A DNA stretch of 64,000 nt. Source: an uncultured Acidimicrobiales bacterium (GTDB taxonomy: Bacteria > Actinomycetota > Acidimicrobiia > Acidimicrobiales > SHLQ01). Position 1 is the first letter of the stretch. The number at the start of each line of letters is the position of its first letter. Position numbers and translations under genes: made by a program. The notes beneath the pieces are model-generated. The model searched no databases, had not been told where the DNA came from, and saw only the letters and a list, made by a program, of their open reading frames with translations. The stretch is taken from NCBI GenBank assembly GCA_937934655.1, contig CALGZB010000058.1, forward strand, positions 6,579-70,578. Reading direction: 5' to 3'. Shown piece after piece: positions 46,192 through 56,219 of the stretch.

Positions 46192-47337
46192 TCAGCCGAA
46201 GGCGGCTCGGTCGCTTCCCGCCAGGGTGAGCTGCATCGCTCGGCTGCCCACTTCGGCTGCGAGCACCTGGTCGCGTACCAAACCAAACATACGCGACCGG
46301 AAGACCGGCCCACCGAAACCAGCGCGCTCTAGCTCTTCGCGATTGTTCTCAAGGTTCTCGACTCGGGCAGCGAGAGTCCGTTGATGGTCATCGACCAGTT
46401 CGGTCGTAGAAACCAGGCGGGAGCGAAGGGATGCAAGCGACCCGGTGATAGCTGACAACGTTGGGCGTTGCGGCACGGTGAAGAACGATCGGTCGATGGA
46501 TGCGTTCTCCCGGACGCTGGTTTGAACCACTGCGAGCCCGGCCGGATCGAGTAGCCGATCGATAGCAACGGTGACCATCGGCGACCGACGCCAGACATCG
46601 GCGTCGAGCGAAACAACCGCATCGAACATCCCGTGAACCATCGTTGGTGACCCGACCTTCACCTCTACCGACTCGCTCAGGCCAGCATTGGCCAAGCGTT
46701 TCCGCGCAAAGTCGGCGGCGGTTTCGGAGTCGGTAACGGTGACGACTGAACAACCGCGGGTACGCGCTGCGTAGAGAGCAAACGCTCCCCACCCGGTGCC
46801 CAACTCGCAGACCCGAGAGTCACCATCGAGTTCGAGCCGTTCACAAACTTGCGAGAACCGGGCCAGCGACGCCAGGTACAGGTCGGTGTCGTCGGCCAAA
46901 AATCGACCCGTTCCGTGGAACATCGTCTTGTCGAGGACATGTGCCTGCACGTGCGGGTCGTCGCCACCGATTCCAACCCATTGATCTCGCGACGAGCGAA
47001 TTCGTCGAGTGATGGGATCGATGTTGGGGGCCGCCGGAAGCACCGACAGAAGCGACACAAAGAACGAGAGGACACCGGTCAGATCGTCGGTAGACCACCA
47101 GCCATCCTCGTAGGTGCTTCCAAGAGAACTGATTCCTCCCTTACCAATGGCTCGCCAAACCGCCGGGTGGTTGATCTGAAACTCCGGGACGGGTTCGTCA
47201 GCCGCCGGTCCGAGCACAACAGCGATGCCTTCGTCGACCACGCTCAACGGCTTTGTCGCAAAGCGATCGAGAACGGGAACTACCACTCGCATCGCCGCAC
47301 GATCTATGGCGCGGAGAGGGGGGAAGATCTCACTCAC
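46192..47337 (-). CDS. Cyclopropane-fatty-acyl-phospholipid synthase-like SAM-dependent methyltransferase
   Basis: SAM motif VCELGTGWGAFALYAA with downstream layout and length typical of the CMAS family. Confidence 0.7.
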   Translation of the reverse strand: MSEIFPPLRAIDRAAMRVVVPVLDRFATKPLSVVDEGIAVVLGPAADEPVPEFQINHPAVWRAIGKGGISSLGSTYEDGWWSTDDLTGVLSFFVSLLSVLPAAPNIDPITRRIRSSRDQWVGIGGDDPHVQAHVLDKTMFHGTGRFLADDTDLYLASLARFSQVCERLELDGDSRVCELGTGWGAFALYAARTRGCSVVTVTDSETAADFARKRLANAGLSESVEVKVGSPTMVHGMFDAVVSLDADVWRRSPMVTVAIDRLLDPAGLAVVQTSVRENASIDRSFFTVPQRPTLSAITGSLASLRSRLVSTTELVDDHQRTLAARVENLENNREELERAGFGGPVFRSRMFGLVRDQVLAAEVGSRAMQLTLAGSDRAAFG

Positions 47338-47405
47338 CGTGAAATTGTGGACCCATCATTGCTTGAACTGGTGGATGCCCCCGAAGTTGCGGGCATGATA
47401 CGGCC

Positions 47406-47714
47406 ATGTCCGATAATGCGCACTGCGAGCTTTGCGAGGCGGCAAAGCTCACCGAATGGTTCCACGAAGACGATCGTTGTTGGATCGCCGAGTGCGAAGC
47501 CTGCTCGGTCCCGATGGTTGTGTGGCGCTCGCACGGTACCGAGCCACCTGTCGATGATGTCGCGCACATGCACGCGTGCCTTGCGAAGGTTGGGGACCAG
47601 GTCTTTGGAGCCAATGATTGGTTTCTCGACGACAACATGCGCCAGATCCCCGACCACTACCACGCCCACGTTCGCAAGAAGCTCCCCTGGATGAAAGAGA
47701 CGCGACAACCGTGA
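47406..47714 (+). CDS. Small HIT-like (histidine triad) Cys-rich protein
   Basis: N-terminal CELCEA and CWIAECEAC motifs. C-terminal DHYHAHV matches the H-phi-H-phi-H-phi triad pattern. Confidence 0.5.
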   Translation: MSDNAHCELCEAAKLTEWFHEDDRCWIAECEACSVPMVVWRSHGTEPPVDDVAHMHACLAKVGDQVFGANDWFLDDNMRQIPDHYHAHVRKKLPWMKETRQP

Positions 47715-47715
47715 C

Positions 47716-50700
47716 TCAGGCGACGCCGTGTTCTTCATCGGGCTGGCCGACGTCGGTGTCGGCGGCGATGACTCGCCGGTTCTGGTCGTGTGCGGCGGAC
47801 TGCTTCTGGCCAGAGAAATCGTGATCGTTTGCGGCATGAGGGCGCCCAAGCAGGAAGCCTTGGAACCAGGAACAACCGAGTTCGCTTAGCAAGTCGAGTT
47901 GACGTCCGGTTGCCACCCCAACCGCGGTAACCGGCAGACCGCGTTCGTGTGCCCGAGCCAGAATTCCGGCGACCTGGGCCGTATCGGCCGCATGGCGCCC
48001 GACGCCTTCGACGAGTCGGCGGTTGATCTTCAGTTCGGTGATTCCCTCGAAGTGGCTACGGAAAAGTCGACCGGTGACGTCATCGACGACCAAGCGAACC
48101 CCCAAGCTCCCCAAGTTTTCCAGCGCTGCGAGGAGCGCATCGTCGGCCGCAAGGAGAACAGGCTCGGCGAGTTCGATGCCGAGTTGGGCTGGGTCCACCT
48201 CGTAGAGACGCAGGAGCGCATCGAGTCGCGAAGCAAACCCGCGCTCGACCGCCTGGGCGGCCGAGATATTGACATCGACCTGTACAGAGACACCGTGCTT
48301 GCGTTCGGTAGAAGAAAGGAACTCGAGCGCTCGGTCGAGCACCCGGTGTCCGGCCGCTGATGACATTCCGAGATCGTCGGCGAGCTCGATAACTTCGCTC
48401 GCACCAACCACCCCGCGACTGGGGCTGTGCCAACGGACCAATGCTTCAAAGCGGTAGCTCAGGTCAGGAGATATGGCCGCCTTGTCGGTGCGATCTGCAT
48501 CGTCATCGGCAGGCTCTTTGGCGGCGACATGGATCCTTGCGAGATCGCCCGGAAGGACTGCTTGATACGCATTCTCAAGCTGGTTTCCGAGTTGATCGCT
48601 CGAGAGAGCTGCTCGGAACTCCTCTTCCAGCGACCGTCGCTGCGAGATTTCGAGCTGCCCGTTCTCACCGACCGATGCCGTGCGGACACGGCCGCGAGTG
48701 CGCGCCCGCTGCACCGCAAGATCGGCGTTGTCGAAGAGTTCATCGGCGGAGAGCGAGCGGTCGCCGGTATGTGCGACGCCCAAACTGAACTGGACGTTGA
48801 GGTACCGCTGAGACTCACCCGAATCGATGATGAATGTTGGAGACAGCTCATCGACGAGGCGCGACGTGAGGTGCTCGAGGTCGATGTCGTCGCCGAGTCG
48901 TTGCGAAAGGACACCGAATGTTTGTTGATCGATGCGGGCAGCCGATTCGTCGTGACGGCACGCCAGAGCAAGGCGGTCGGCGATGGCAACCGCAAGGGTG
49001 TCGTGTTCGACGTCGGTCATCGAAAAACCTTCGTCGGCGTTCGAAATAACGTCGGCGATGCTGTCGATCTCGACGAGAGCGACAGCAACCTTCGCCCGGT
49101 TTCCCACGTTTCTTGCGATGGCTCGGACGGCGCGGCGTTTCAGTCCGGCACCGCTGCTCAACAACGTCAGTGGATCGACAGCGAGCTGATCCTCATGCTC
49201 CCAATCCGGCACCGACTCGAGCGGGGTCAAGATGACCGATGCCAACGGCTCACCCGCATCGAGGTCGGCCTCGTTGTGAAACTGGGCGTGGAAGGGAACC
49301 GCAGGACCGTCGGTGCTTCGAAGCCAAAGCTGGCCTGACCATAAGCCGGTCTCGAGTACCGCAGGCCAAACATCAGACCGAACAAGTACCGCCGACTTGG
49401 GTGTAAAGAATTCGTGCAGCTCGGTCGAAACTTCAGCGCCGGTAAGCGCCGCGAGGTCGGCAGAGAGGTACTTGATTCCGACTCCTCGTTCGACCACGAG
49501 GACCGACCCCTCTGTGCCATCAGCGACGCGATCGGGAAGGTCGCCGCTCTCGACAAGGCGGGTGATGTCTTCGACGACGGCGACATCGCCGCTGCGTTCA
49601 CCGTCTGCGCCGATGATGGGACTCATTCGGCTTCGGAGGAACCGAACCGATCCATCGCCAGCATCGAGCTCGATGGTCTCACTAACACCGTCGTCTCCGA
49701 CCCGGACAAGGCTCGACCGCTCCGCTGCGAATTCGGTGGCGTCAACGTTGCCGAGCATCTCAAGCAATAGGTCGTTGATGAACGAGACATTGCCGTCGCG
49801 ATCGCGGGTGAATGTGCCAAGCCGTTCGGGCTGAGGAACGTCAGCTACCTGGCGAGCGGAGTCATCGGTGACGGCGGTGAGCTGGAGAGCGATTTGGGCG
49901 ACGGTTGGATCATCGAGGTAGTTCCGACCAATGACTTCAATCCACTGCCAGGTGGGAGCGGACGGCTCTGAACCGTCGTCGGCCGCCAACGCAACGCGAA
50001 GAAAGCCATGAATCTGGCCCTCGAGCCCGGGTTGACGTAACCGTTGCTCGGCGTATGAGCGGTCCGACGGGTGCACCGCTGCGAGCAGTTCCATACCGAC
50101 GGCGGTTGTTGCGGGCCGGCCAACCAGCGCGGGAAAGCTCGCGCTGGCGTAGGTCACGTTGTATGAGTCGTCGAGGAAGACCACGGCCGAGTCGGCCTGG
50201 GCGACCTCGGTTGGTTGCACCTGTCCGACGTTGGAGTCACGGGCTCGAACGATGAGGCCGTTGGGCCGACGGATCACGGCGGTATCGAAGGTTCGTTCCG
50301 TGCCTTCGCTGTTTACGAACCGGAGCGGGCCGAACGAAAGAAACTCGCCGTCAGCCTTGGCTTCCATGGAGTCAAGCGCTTCGGTGAATTCGACCTCATC
50401 GTCGCGGTGAAGAAGCTCCCAAAGGTGGAGGCCCGCCAAACTGTCGGGGTGGCAGCCAAGCTTGCCTTGCACCGGACCGGTGACAACATCGATGATGCTC
50501 GAGCCGGGCCGAAGCAGGATACCGATGTCGGTGGCTTCGGGTGGGTCGTAGGAGGCGCTGACAGGCAGAGGTGCGGGGCGCTGGTCGTCGGTAGCGTCCT
50601 GGTCAAACGGACCGAACGACTGGACGCCTGTCGTTGCGTGGGACGGATCAGAACTGGTCGCCGAAGAGCCGTTCGAGGAAGAGCCGTTCGAGAGAGAGCC

Positions 50701-51141
50701 AGCCGTGGAAGAGAGAACGAGGTCGCTGTCGACCGGTGTCGGAAGCAGCGCAGGATTCGGCCCCGTCGCCGCCACATCGGTCAATTCGACGTTCACATGT
50801 AAGCCGGGGGTCTCGACGTCGTCGAAGGCGTTGGCCGCCGAAACCGTCGCCGGAATCCACGAATCGTCGGACTGTCCGGAAACAAGTCGAATCTCAAGCG
50901 ATGCGTCTGCTTCAGGCTGCGACCGAAGGAATTTGAGCATGGCGCCGAAAGCCAACCGGTCGCTTGGGTGCAATAAGCCCATGCCAGAAGCCTGCGCTGC
51001 CTCGATATCCCAGCCGAGTAACTGCTCGGCTTCGGAATCGATGTGTTGCACCGTCGCCTCGGCAGAAAACACCATACGGAAGCTTGCGTTCTGGCCCATA
51101 GGACTTCGTCGGCATTCTGACCCGATCGCTGAAGGGAACAA
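47716..51141 (-). CDS. Large multi-PAS signalling protein with degenerate GGDEF-like and partly degenerate EAL domains
   Basis: The GGDEF position reads DQQTFG. The EAL domain keeps FEALVRWHSP and VNIS but has DDVTG (for DDFGTG) and AVGVAT (for EGVE). Start is uncertain (51141, 51099 or 51075). Confidence 0.7.
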   Translation of the reverse strand: MFPSAIGSECRRSPMGQNASFRMVFSAEATVQHIDSEAEQLLGWDIEAAQASGMGLLHPSDRLAFGAMLKFLRSQPEADASLEIRLVSGQSDDSWIPATVSAANAFDDVETPGLHVNVELTDVAATGPNPALLPTPVDSDLVLSSTAGSLSNGSSSNGSSATSSDPSHATTGVQSFGPFDQDATDDQRPAPLPVSASYDPPEATDIGILLRPGSSIIDVVTGPVQGKLGCHPDSLAGLHLWELLHRDDEVEFTEALDSMEAKADGEFLSFGPLRFVNSEGTERTFDTAVIRRPNGLIVRARDSNVGQVQPTEVAQADSAVVFLDDSYNVTYASASFPALVGRPATTAVGMELLAAVHPSDRSYAEQRLRQPGLEGQIHGFLRVALAADDGSEPSAPTWQWIEVIGRNYLDDPTVAQIALQLTAVTDDSARQVADVPQPERLGTFTRDRDGNVSFINDLLLEMLGNVDATEFAAERSSLVRVGDDGVSETIELDAGDGSVRFLRSRMSPIIGADGERSGDVAVVEDITRLVESGDLPDRVADGTEGSVLVVERGVGIKYLSADLAALTGAEVSTELHEFFTPKSAVLVRSDVWPAVLETGLWSGQLWLRSTDGPAVPFHAQFHNEADLDAGEPLASVILTPLESVPDWEHEDQLAVDPLTLLSSGAGLKRRAVRAIARNVGNRAKVAVALVEIDSIADVISNADEGFSMTDVEHDTLAVAIADRLALACRHDESAARIDQQTFGVLSQRLGDDIDLEHLTSRLVDELSPTFIIDSGESQRYLNVQFSLGVAHTGDRSLSADELFDNADLAVQRARTRGRVRTASVGENGQLEISQRRSLEEEFRAALSSDQLGNQLENAYQAVLPGDLARIHVAAKEPADDDADRTDKAAISPDLSYRFEALVRWHSPSRGVVGASEVIELADDLGMSSAAGHRVLDRALEFLSSTERKHGVSVQVDVNISAAQAVERGFASRLDALLRLYEVDPAQLGIELAEPVLLAADDALLAALENLGSLGVRLVVDDVTGRLFRSHFEGITELKINRRLVEGVGRHAADTAQVAGILARAHERGLPVTAVGVATGRQLDLLSELGCSWFQGFLLGRPHAANDHDFSGQKQSAAHDQNRRVIAADTDVGQPDEEHGVA

Positions 51142-51151
51142 CCAATGAAAG

Positions 51152-52426
51152 TTGGGGTATTGGCGTCCTTTCCTCGATGAAGCTCATGATCGGCCCGCGA
51201 GTGCCGATCGTCTCTCTATGGGTTCAGGAACCGCGCCTCACGGGGACAATCAACGTCTCGGTGACAATGGCTCGAACAACAACGAAAGCGACGCACGCAC
51301 AACGTGGCCACTTGCCGCTGGGCTTGTTGTCGTCGCTGGGCTGGTCGGCGTCCTTCTGCTGACCCAAGGAACCCGCGGCCGGGTGCAGACCATCGGCGAA
51401 GGCCTCCTCACCGCAGCACTTGTCGCTGGACCGTTCCTTTGGGCCGAGTGGATGGTGAATCGGCACGAGAAGAAGCCGGCGAAACCCGAGTCCGATCGAC
51501 GCATGGCGTTGGTAGGCCGCGATCTTCGCCACCAAGAACTCGATGGGCGCGACCTTGGCGGACGCGTTTTTGTTGGCTGCAATCTTTCTCATAGTCGGCT
51601 GAGCGAATCCGGTCTGGTTGAAGCGGTGTTTGACCGTGCCGATCTTCGCTATGTCGTGGCTCGCGGCGCCGACATGACCCGCGCTTCGCTCCGTCGTTCG
51701 AACGCCGCACATATCGATCTGCGGTCAGCGCAACTCGTTGGTGCACAACTCAACGATGCCGACCTTCGATGTGCCGACCTTCGCCAAGCCCTTCTCTGCG
51801 ACGCTGACCTTCGCGGCGCCGATCTACGCGGTGCGGACCTTCGCGGCGCCGATCTCGACGGTGCACAACTTCGCTCGGCGCTCTATAGCTCGACCACATT
51901 GTGGCAGGGCGACATGAACCTCGAGGCCGAGCGCGACCGTCACGGCATGGTCGACCAAGCCGACGATTCGCTTCCTTTCGAAGAGATCTCAAAGAGCCCT
52001 GAAACAGCCACCAAACGCACGATCGATCTTCGCCACGGCCCGCGAGCCATGGTCGCCGCCGCTGTCATCGTGGCGGCAATCGGAGCCATCGCTGTTCCGC
52101 GTCTCTCCAACACCAACGTTGCCCAAACTCAGGTATCGGGTGTTCGCCTCGACCAACCGTTCCTCAAAGTCGACGGCGAATCCGACCAGGTCCGAGTTCT
52201 CATCGAGGTCAACGACGAAATGGTGCAACAGTTCAAGACTCGAGACCTGCCGCTCACCGTCTCGCTCGACAACCTCGAACAAAACGACAACGTGATCGTC
52301 ACCATCGAAAACCTTGCCGCCGACGGCGACGTCAGCTGTGAGCTTGGACTCGGAACCGACACATGGGTGAAAGAGACCGCCGAAGGCGAAGGCTCATCAA
52401 CCATCTGCGGTGCTCGAGTCCGTTAG
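51152..52426 (+). CDS. Membrane-anchored pentapeptide-repeat protein
   Basis: TM helix WPLAAGLVVVAGLVGVLLL is followed by a long run of A(D/N)Lxx pentapeptides (ADLRCADLRQALLCDADLRGADLRGADLRGADLDGAQL). Start may be ATG 51218. Confidence 0.7.
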   Translation: MGYWRPFLDEAHDRPASADRLSMGSGTAPHGDNQRLGDNGSNNNESDARTTWPLAAGLVVVAGLVGVLLLTQGTRGRVQTIGEGLLTAALVAGPFLWAEWMVNRHEKKPAKPESDRRMALVGRDLRHQELDGRDLGGRVFVGCNLSHSRLSESGLVEAVFDRADLRYVVARGADMTRASLRRSNAAHIDLRSAQLVGAQLNDADLRCADLRQALLCDADLRGADLRGADLRGADLDGAQLRSALYSSTTLWQGDMNLEAERDRHGMVDQADDSLPFEEISKSPETATKRTIDLRHGPRAMVAAAVIVAAIGAIAVPRLSNTNVAQTQVSGVRLDQPFLKVDGESDQVRVLIEVNDEMVQQFKTRDLPLTVSLDNLEQNDNVIVTIENLAADGDVSCELGLGTDTWVKETAEGEGSSTICGARVR

Positions 52427-52430
52427 CCCG

Positions 52431-53441
52431 CTAGGCCTGCGCAAGCTCGGCGAGTGTTGCCAGAAGTTCTGGATCGCGCGACGAAATATTCAACATCGTC
52501 ACCGGGCTGTCGCGCCAGACCTCAAGGCGCTCGGCGATCCGCTCCTTCGGACCGACCAGGCTGATCTCATCGGCGAACTCGTCGGGCACGGCTAACACCG
52601 CTTCATCGCGCTTGCCTGCGAGGAACAAGTCTTGGATGCGGTGAGCTTCTTCTTCGAAGCCCATACGCGCCATCAACTTGGTGTGGTAGTTCTGCCCCTT
52701 CGCACCCATGCCCCCGATATAGAACGCGAGAAAACCCTTCACCGGCAACAACGCTTCTTCGACCGAGTCGTTGATATGCACGGCGATATTGACAGCAATT
52801 TCGAAGTCAGATCCTGCCGCTGCAAGCTGATCGGCGTACACCTCGGGACGATACGGCGAGTAGTACAGCGGCAGCCAGCCATCGGCGATCTCGGCGGTTT
52901 GGGTGACGTTTTTCGGCCCTTCCGCCCCGATAAAGATTGGGATCTCGTTGCGCAACGGATGGGTCATGATCTTCAACGGCTTGCCGATTCCGCTACTCCC
53001 CTCTCCGGTATAGGGATGCTGGTAGTGGTCGCCATCGAACGACAGATGATCCTCGCGCCGAAAGGCGCGTCGGAGAATCTCCACGTACTCCCTGGTGCGG
53101 GCCAGCGGCCGGTTGGATGGTTGTCCGTACCAACCTTCAACAACCTGCGGTCCCGACACTCCAAGGCCCAGAACCATTCGGCCACCCGACAGATGATCGA
53201 GCGTCATAGCCTGCATTGCGGTTGCCGTAGGCGTTCGAGCAGCGAGCTGCACAATCGATGTTCCCAGTTTGATGCGTTCGGTGAACCCGGCCAAGTAGGC
53301 CAGCGGGGTGAAACAATCCGACCCCCAACTTTCGGCGGTCCAGACCGTGTCGTATCCAAGGTCCTCAGCGGTCTTTGTGATTTCCACCAGGTCGGTCGGT
53401 GGTTTGGCCGACCAGTAACCCCACATCAATCCAAGCTTCAT
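52431..53441 (-). CDS. LLM-class F420-dependent oxidoreductase
   Basis: MKLGLMWGYW..., TAESWGSD, LGTSIVQLAARTP and LDHLSGGRMVLGLGVSGPQVVEGWYG. Confidence 0.8.
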   Translation of the reverse strand: MKLGLMWGYWSAKPPTDLVEITKTAEDLGYDTVWTAESWGSDCFTPLAYLAGFTERIKLGTSIVQLAARTPTATAMQAMTLDHLSGGRMVLGLGVSGPQVVEGWYGQPSNRPLARTREYVEILRRAFRREDHLSFDGDHYQHPYTGEGSSGIGKPLKIMTHPLRNEIPIFIGAEGPKNVTQTAEIADGWLPLYYSPYRPEVYADQLAAAGSDFEIAVNIAVHINDSVEEALLPVKGFLAFYIGGMGAKGQNYHTKLMARMGFEEEAHRIQDLFLAGKRDEAVLAVPDEFADEISLVGPKERIAERLEVWRDSPVTMLNISSRDPELLATLAELAQA

Positions 53442-53566
53442 CGTTCAAACCCCCAAAGAGAAAGACCCACTCTCCCCTACTCATCTGGACGAGACAAGAC
53501 CGAGCGAGAAAACAGCAGTGGATTCCCCGACCAATCGGCCCTGAACCACCGATAGCGTTTCAACCC

Positions 53567-54391
53567 ATGGCCAACCGCGGAATCCTCAGCGAACCACTCG
53601 ACGTCGACGCTCCCCAGAAGAAGGGTCGGGTCTATAAAAAAATTCAGGCCGTCACCGGCCTGACCCTGACCCATCAATCGTCAAACACCACCGGATCGAT
53701 CATTCGTTACGCTCCACCGATGATTCAGCTCCGCGATGCCAGCGGCCGCGATCACTCATTCCGGCTTCGCGACGGCGCTTTCCTTCTCGACGGCGAACCA
53801 ATCGCACTCGTCGACCCGCCGAAAGTCGTCAAAAAGGCCGCCACCAGCTTTACCGCATCGGGTTCGGTCGACCTCGGCGACGTCCCGGCGCGCATGGCAC
53901 GAGCCAGTCGGATCTACGTCGAGGGAATCCACGACGCCGAACTCATCGAGCACGTGTGGGGCGATGACCTGCGGGTTGAAGGGATCGTGGTGCAAGCAAT
54001 GGACGGGGCCGACGACCTCAGCGAGATTGTGCGCACCTTTGGTCCGGGGCCGCGACGCCGTCTTGGGATTCTCCTCGATCACTTGGTCGACGGGTCAAAG
54101 GAGTCGAGAATCGCTGCGACCGTCGACCATCCCGACGTCCTCATCTGCGGCCATCCTTTTGTTGATGTGTGGCAGGGAATCAAACCGTCGTGTGCCGGCA
54201 TCGAACGGTGGCCAGAGATCCCCAAAGGCCAACCGTGGAAGGAAGGGATCATGGCCGAACTGGGCTTCCATGGCCCGTCGGGAGCCTTCTGGAAGCAGCT
54301 TCGAAACCGGGTAACGACGTATCGCGATCTCGAACCCTCGCTCATCGGCGCCGTCGAGCAACTCATCGACTTCGTTGCCCCGCCCGAGTAG
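53567..54391 (+). CDS. DUF3097 domain protein
   Basis: RIYVEGIHDAELIEHVWGDDLRVEGIVVQAMDGADDL, RRLGILLDHLVDGSKESRIA and LICGHPFVDVWQGIKP. Start is set at ATG 53567 (MANRGIL). Confidence 0.7.
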   Translation: MANRGILSEPLDVDAPQKKGRVYKKIQAVTGLTLTHQSSNTTGSIIRYAPPMIQLRDASGRDHSFRLRDGAFLLDGEPIALVDPPKVVKKAATSFTASGSVDLGDVPARMARASRIYVEGIHDAELIEHVWGDDLRVEGIVVQAMDGADDLSEIVRTFGPGPRRRLGILLDHLVDGSKESRIAATVDHPDVLICGHPFVDVWQGIKPSCAGIERWPEIPKGQPWKEGIMAELGFHGPSGAFWKQLRNRVTTYRDLEPSLIGAVEQLIDFVAPPE

Positions 54392-54417
54392 TTCTGCGCT
54401 TCCGGGCCGGACGCTAG

Positions 54418-56130
54418 TTAGGCCGCCCGAGGGGCCTGACGGGCGGCATCTTGTTCGGCCTGAGCGGTAAGCCCGCGGCGGAACTGATCGGCGGTAACGG
54501 TCGGGGCCAAGTGGTCGCCGGCAGCAAAGCCGACTCCAAGAGACTCCAGTTCGACCAGGTGTTCTGGATGGTCGACTCCGTCGGCCAAGATCGTGAGCTT
54601 CGCCGTGCGGGCGAGGTCGAGCAGAGCAACCGCTGCCGGCCGCGAGAGTGGGTTGCGGCCGAAGTCGCTGATCCGACGTTCGGGGATCATGGCGAGCCCC
54701 ATATCGAGCAGACCAATGCGGTCATCTTGCAGGGCGAGTAGGCCGATGTCATCGACCACCATCCGAACACCGATTTGACGCAAGGCTCGAAGCCCAGCCG
54801 GATCGTTGTCGATCGCTGACTTTCCGATCGTCAACTGAAGCATCGATGCCGGAAGACCCCGTTTGATCAGAACGGCCTGCAGCCACTGCGGAAAGCTCGG
54901 CTCGCTGAGCGTTGCGATCGTGGGGCGAAACAGGATGAGGAAGTTCTCTGGCAGCACGTGGTTGTAGGCAAACACGTGAACATGCGACAGCATTTCGCCG
55001 ATCGCTGCCTGGTCGAACGCAACACCCTGAGGGGTTTCGTCGAGCATGGAATGGAATTGGCTCGGCTCGAGGATCCCACCGGTCGTGTTCACCCAGTGTG
55101 GCTGGGCAATCGTGCCCACAACCCGACCGTTACTGGTCTGGAAGATCGGCTGAAAGCGCATATCGAGGCGACCATCACCGAGCACATCGATGACATCGTC
55201 GTCGGCTGAGATCTTTGCCTGATCTCGGAGGCGGCGATTGCGTTCTTTGTCTTGATACATCGCAATATCGACCTCGCGGAGGAGGAACTCCGAGTCGACA
55301 CCGTGGCCGATTTGGGCCGTTCCGATACTGAAGAGCAGTTTGTGACGCCGGCCAAGGATCGTGGCTTCACGACCCATGCTCGCCCGCAGACGGGCAACAA
55401 CTTCGGCGACTTCGGCTGGGGTAACCCCATGCAACAGAACAAGGAATTCGTCGCCACCCATTCGAGCAACAACATCGGTCGCTTTGACCGCACTGCGCAG
55501 ACGTTCGGTGACGACCTTGAGTGCTTCGTCGCCGGCCTGGTGACCAAACGTATCGTTCAATTCCTTGAACTTGTCGAGGTCGATACTCAGCAGCGCGGAG
55601 TGGTCTGCGGCCTCTTTGTCGGCGAGAGTTTTGTTGAGCGACATCATCAGCGATGCGCGGTTTGCGGCACCGGTGAGTTCATCGAATGTTGCTTGACGAC
55701 GAAGTGCATCATCGCTCGTCTGGCGACTGGCCAGGTCGACGGTAATCGCCTGAGCAAGCGCATCGATGCTGTTTGCTACGTCGGCGATTTCATCGTCGCC
55801 CGCATCGCCAATCGGCGGAAGAACTTGACCGTCGGCTAAGGCATCTGCCGCACGCACAATCGAGCGAAGTCGACCGGAAAGGGGGCGAACGAGAAACGCC
55901 CACACCACGATCGCCGTCACGCCTACAACAGCCGAGACCGAAAGGAAGGCAAGGCGAAGGAAGCTGAGCCGAGAGGTGAGGTCCTCTAGATCAGCGAATC
56001 GGACCAGGTCGGGCAATTGCGAGCCCACGAGGAGGGAACCAAGTACGCCGATCGCGACCAACCCGCCGATGGCGAGGGTAAGTCGTTTCGCAAGCACAGG
56101 TCCCTGCTTGGTGGCTTGTTCCTTGGTCAC
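54418..56130 (-). CDS. TM-HAMP-GGDEF protein with degenerate EAL-like C-terminal domain
   Basis: Two TM helices, then RMGGDEFLVLL (intact GGDEF). The EAL position reads AQPHW, DDIG replaces DDFGTG, and ADGVD replaces EGVE. Confidence 0.8.
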   Translation of the reverse strand: MTKEQATKQGPVLAKRLTLAIGGLVAIGVLGSLLVGSQLPDLVRFADLEDLTSRLSFLRLAFLSVSAVVGVTAIVVWAFLVRPLSGRLRSIVRAADALADGQVLPPIGDAGDDEIADVANSIDALAQAITVDLASRQTSDDALRRQATFDELTGAANRASLMMSLNKTLADKEAADHSALLSIDLDKFKELNDTFGHQAGDEALKVVTERLRSAVKATDVVARMGGDEFLVLLHGVTPAEVAEVVARLRASMGREATILGRRHKLLFSIGTAQIGHGVDSEFLLREVDIAMYQDKERNRRLRDQAKISADDDVIDVLGDGRLDMRFQPIFQTSNGRVVGTIAQPHWVNTTGGILEPSQFHSMLDETPQGVAFDQAAIGEMLSHVHVFAYNHVLPENFLILFRPTIATLSEPSFPQWLQAVLIKRGLPASMLQLTIGKSAIDNDPAGLRALRQIGVRMVVDDIGLLALQDDRIGLLDMGLAMIPERRISDFGRNPLSRPAAVALLDLARTAKLTILADGVDHPEHLVELESLGVGFAAGDHLAPTVTADQFRRGLTAQAEQDAARQAPRAA

Positions 56131-56219
56131 ACTGAATTTATCGACCGGCGATCACGTTGGCCTAAGGAACTTTTTGAAGACTTCTTTGGCTTCGAACGGC
56201 TCGCAACTAGTGTCGGCCT

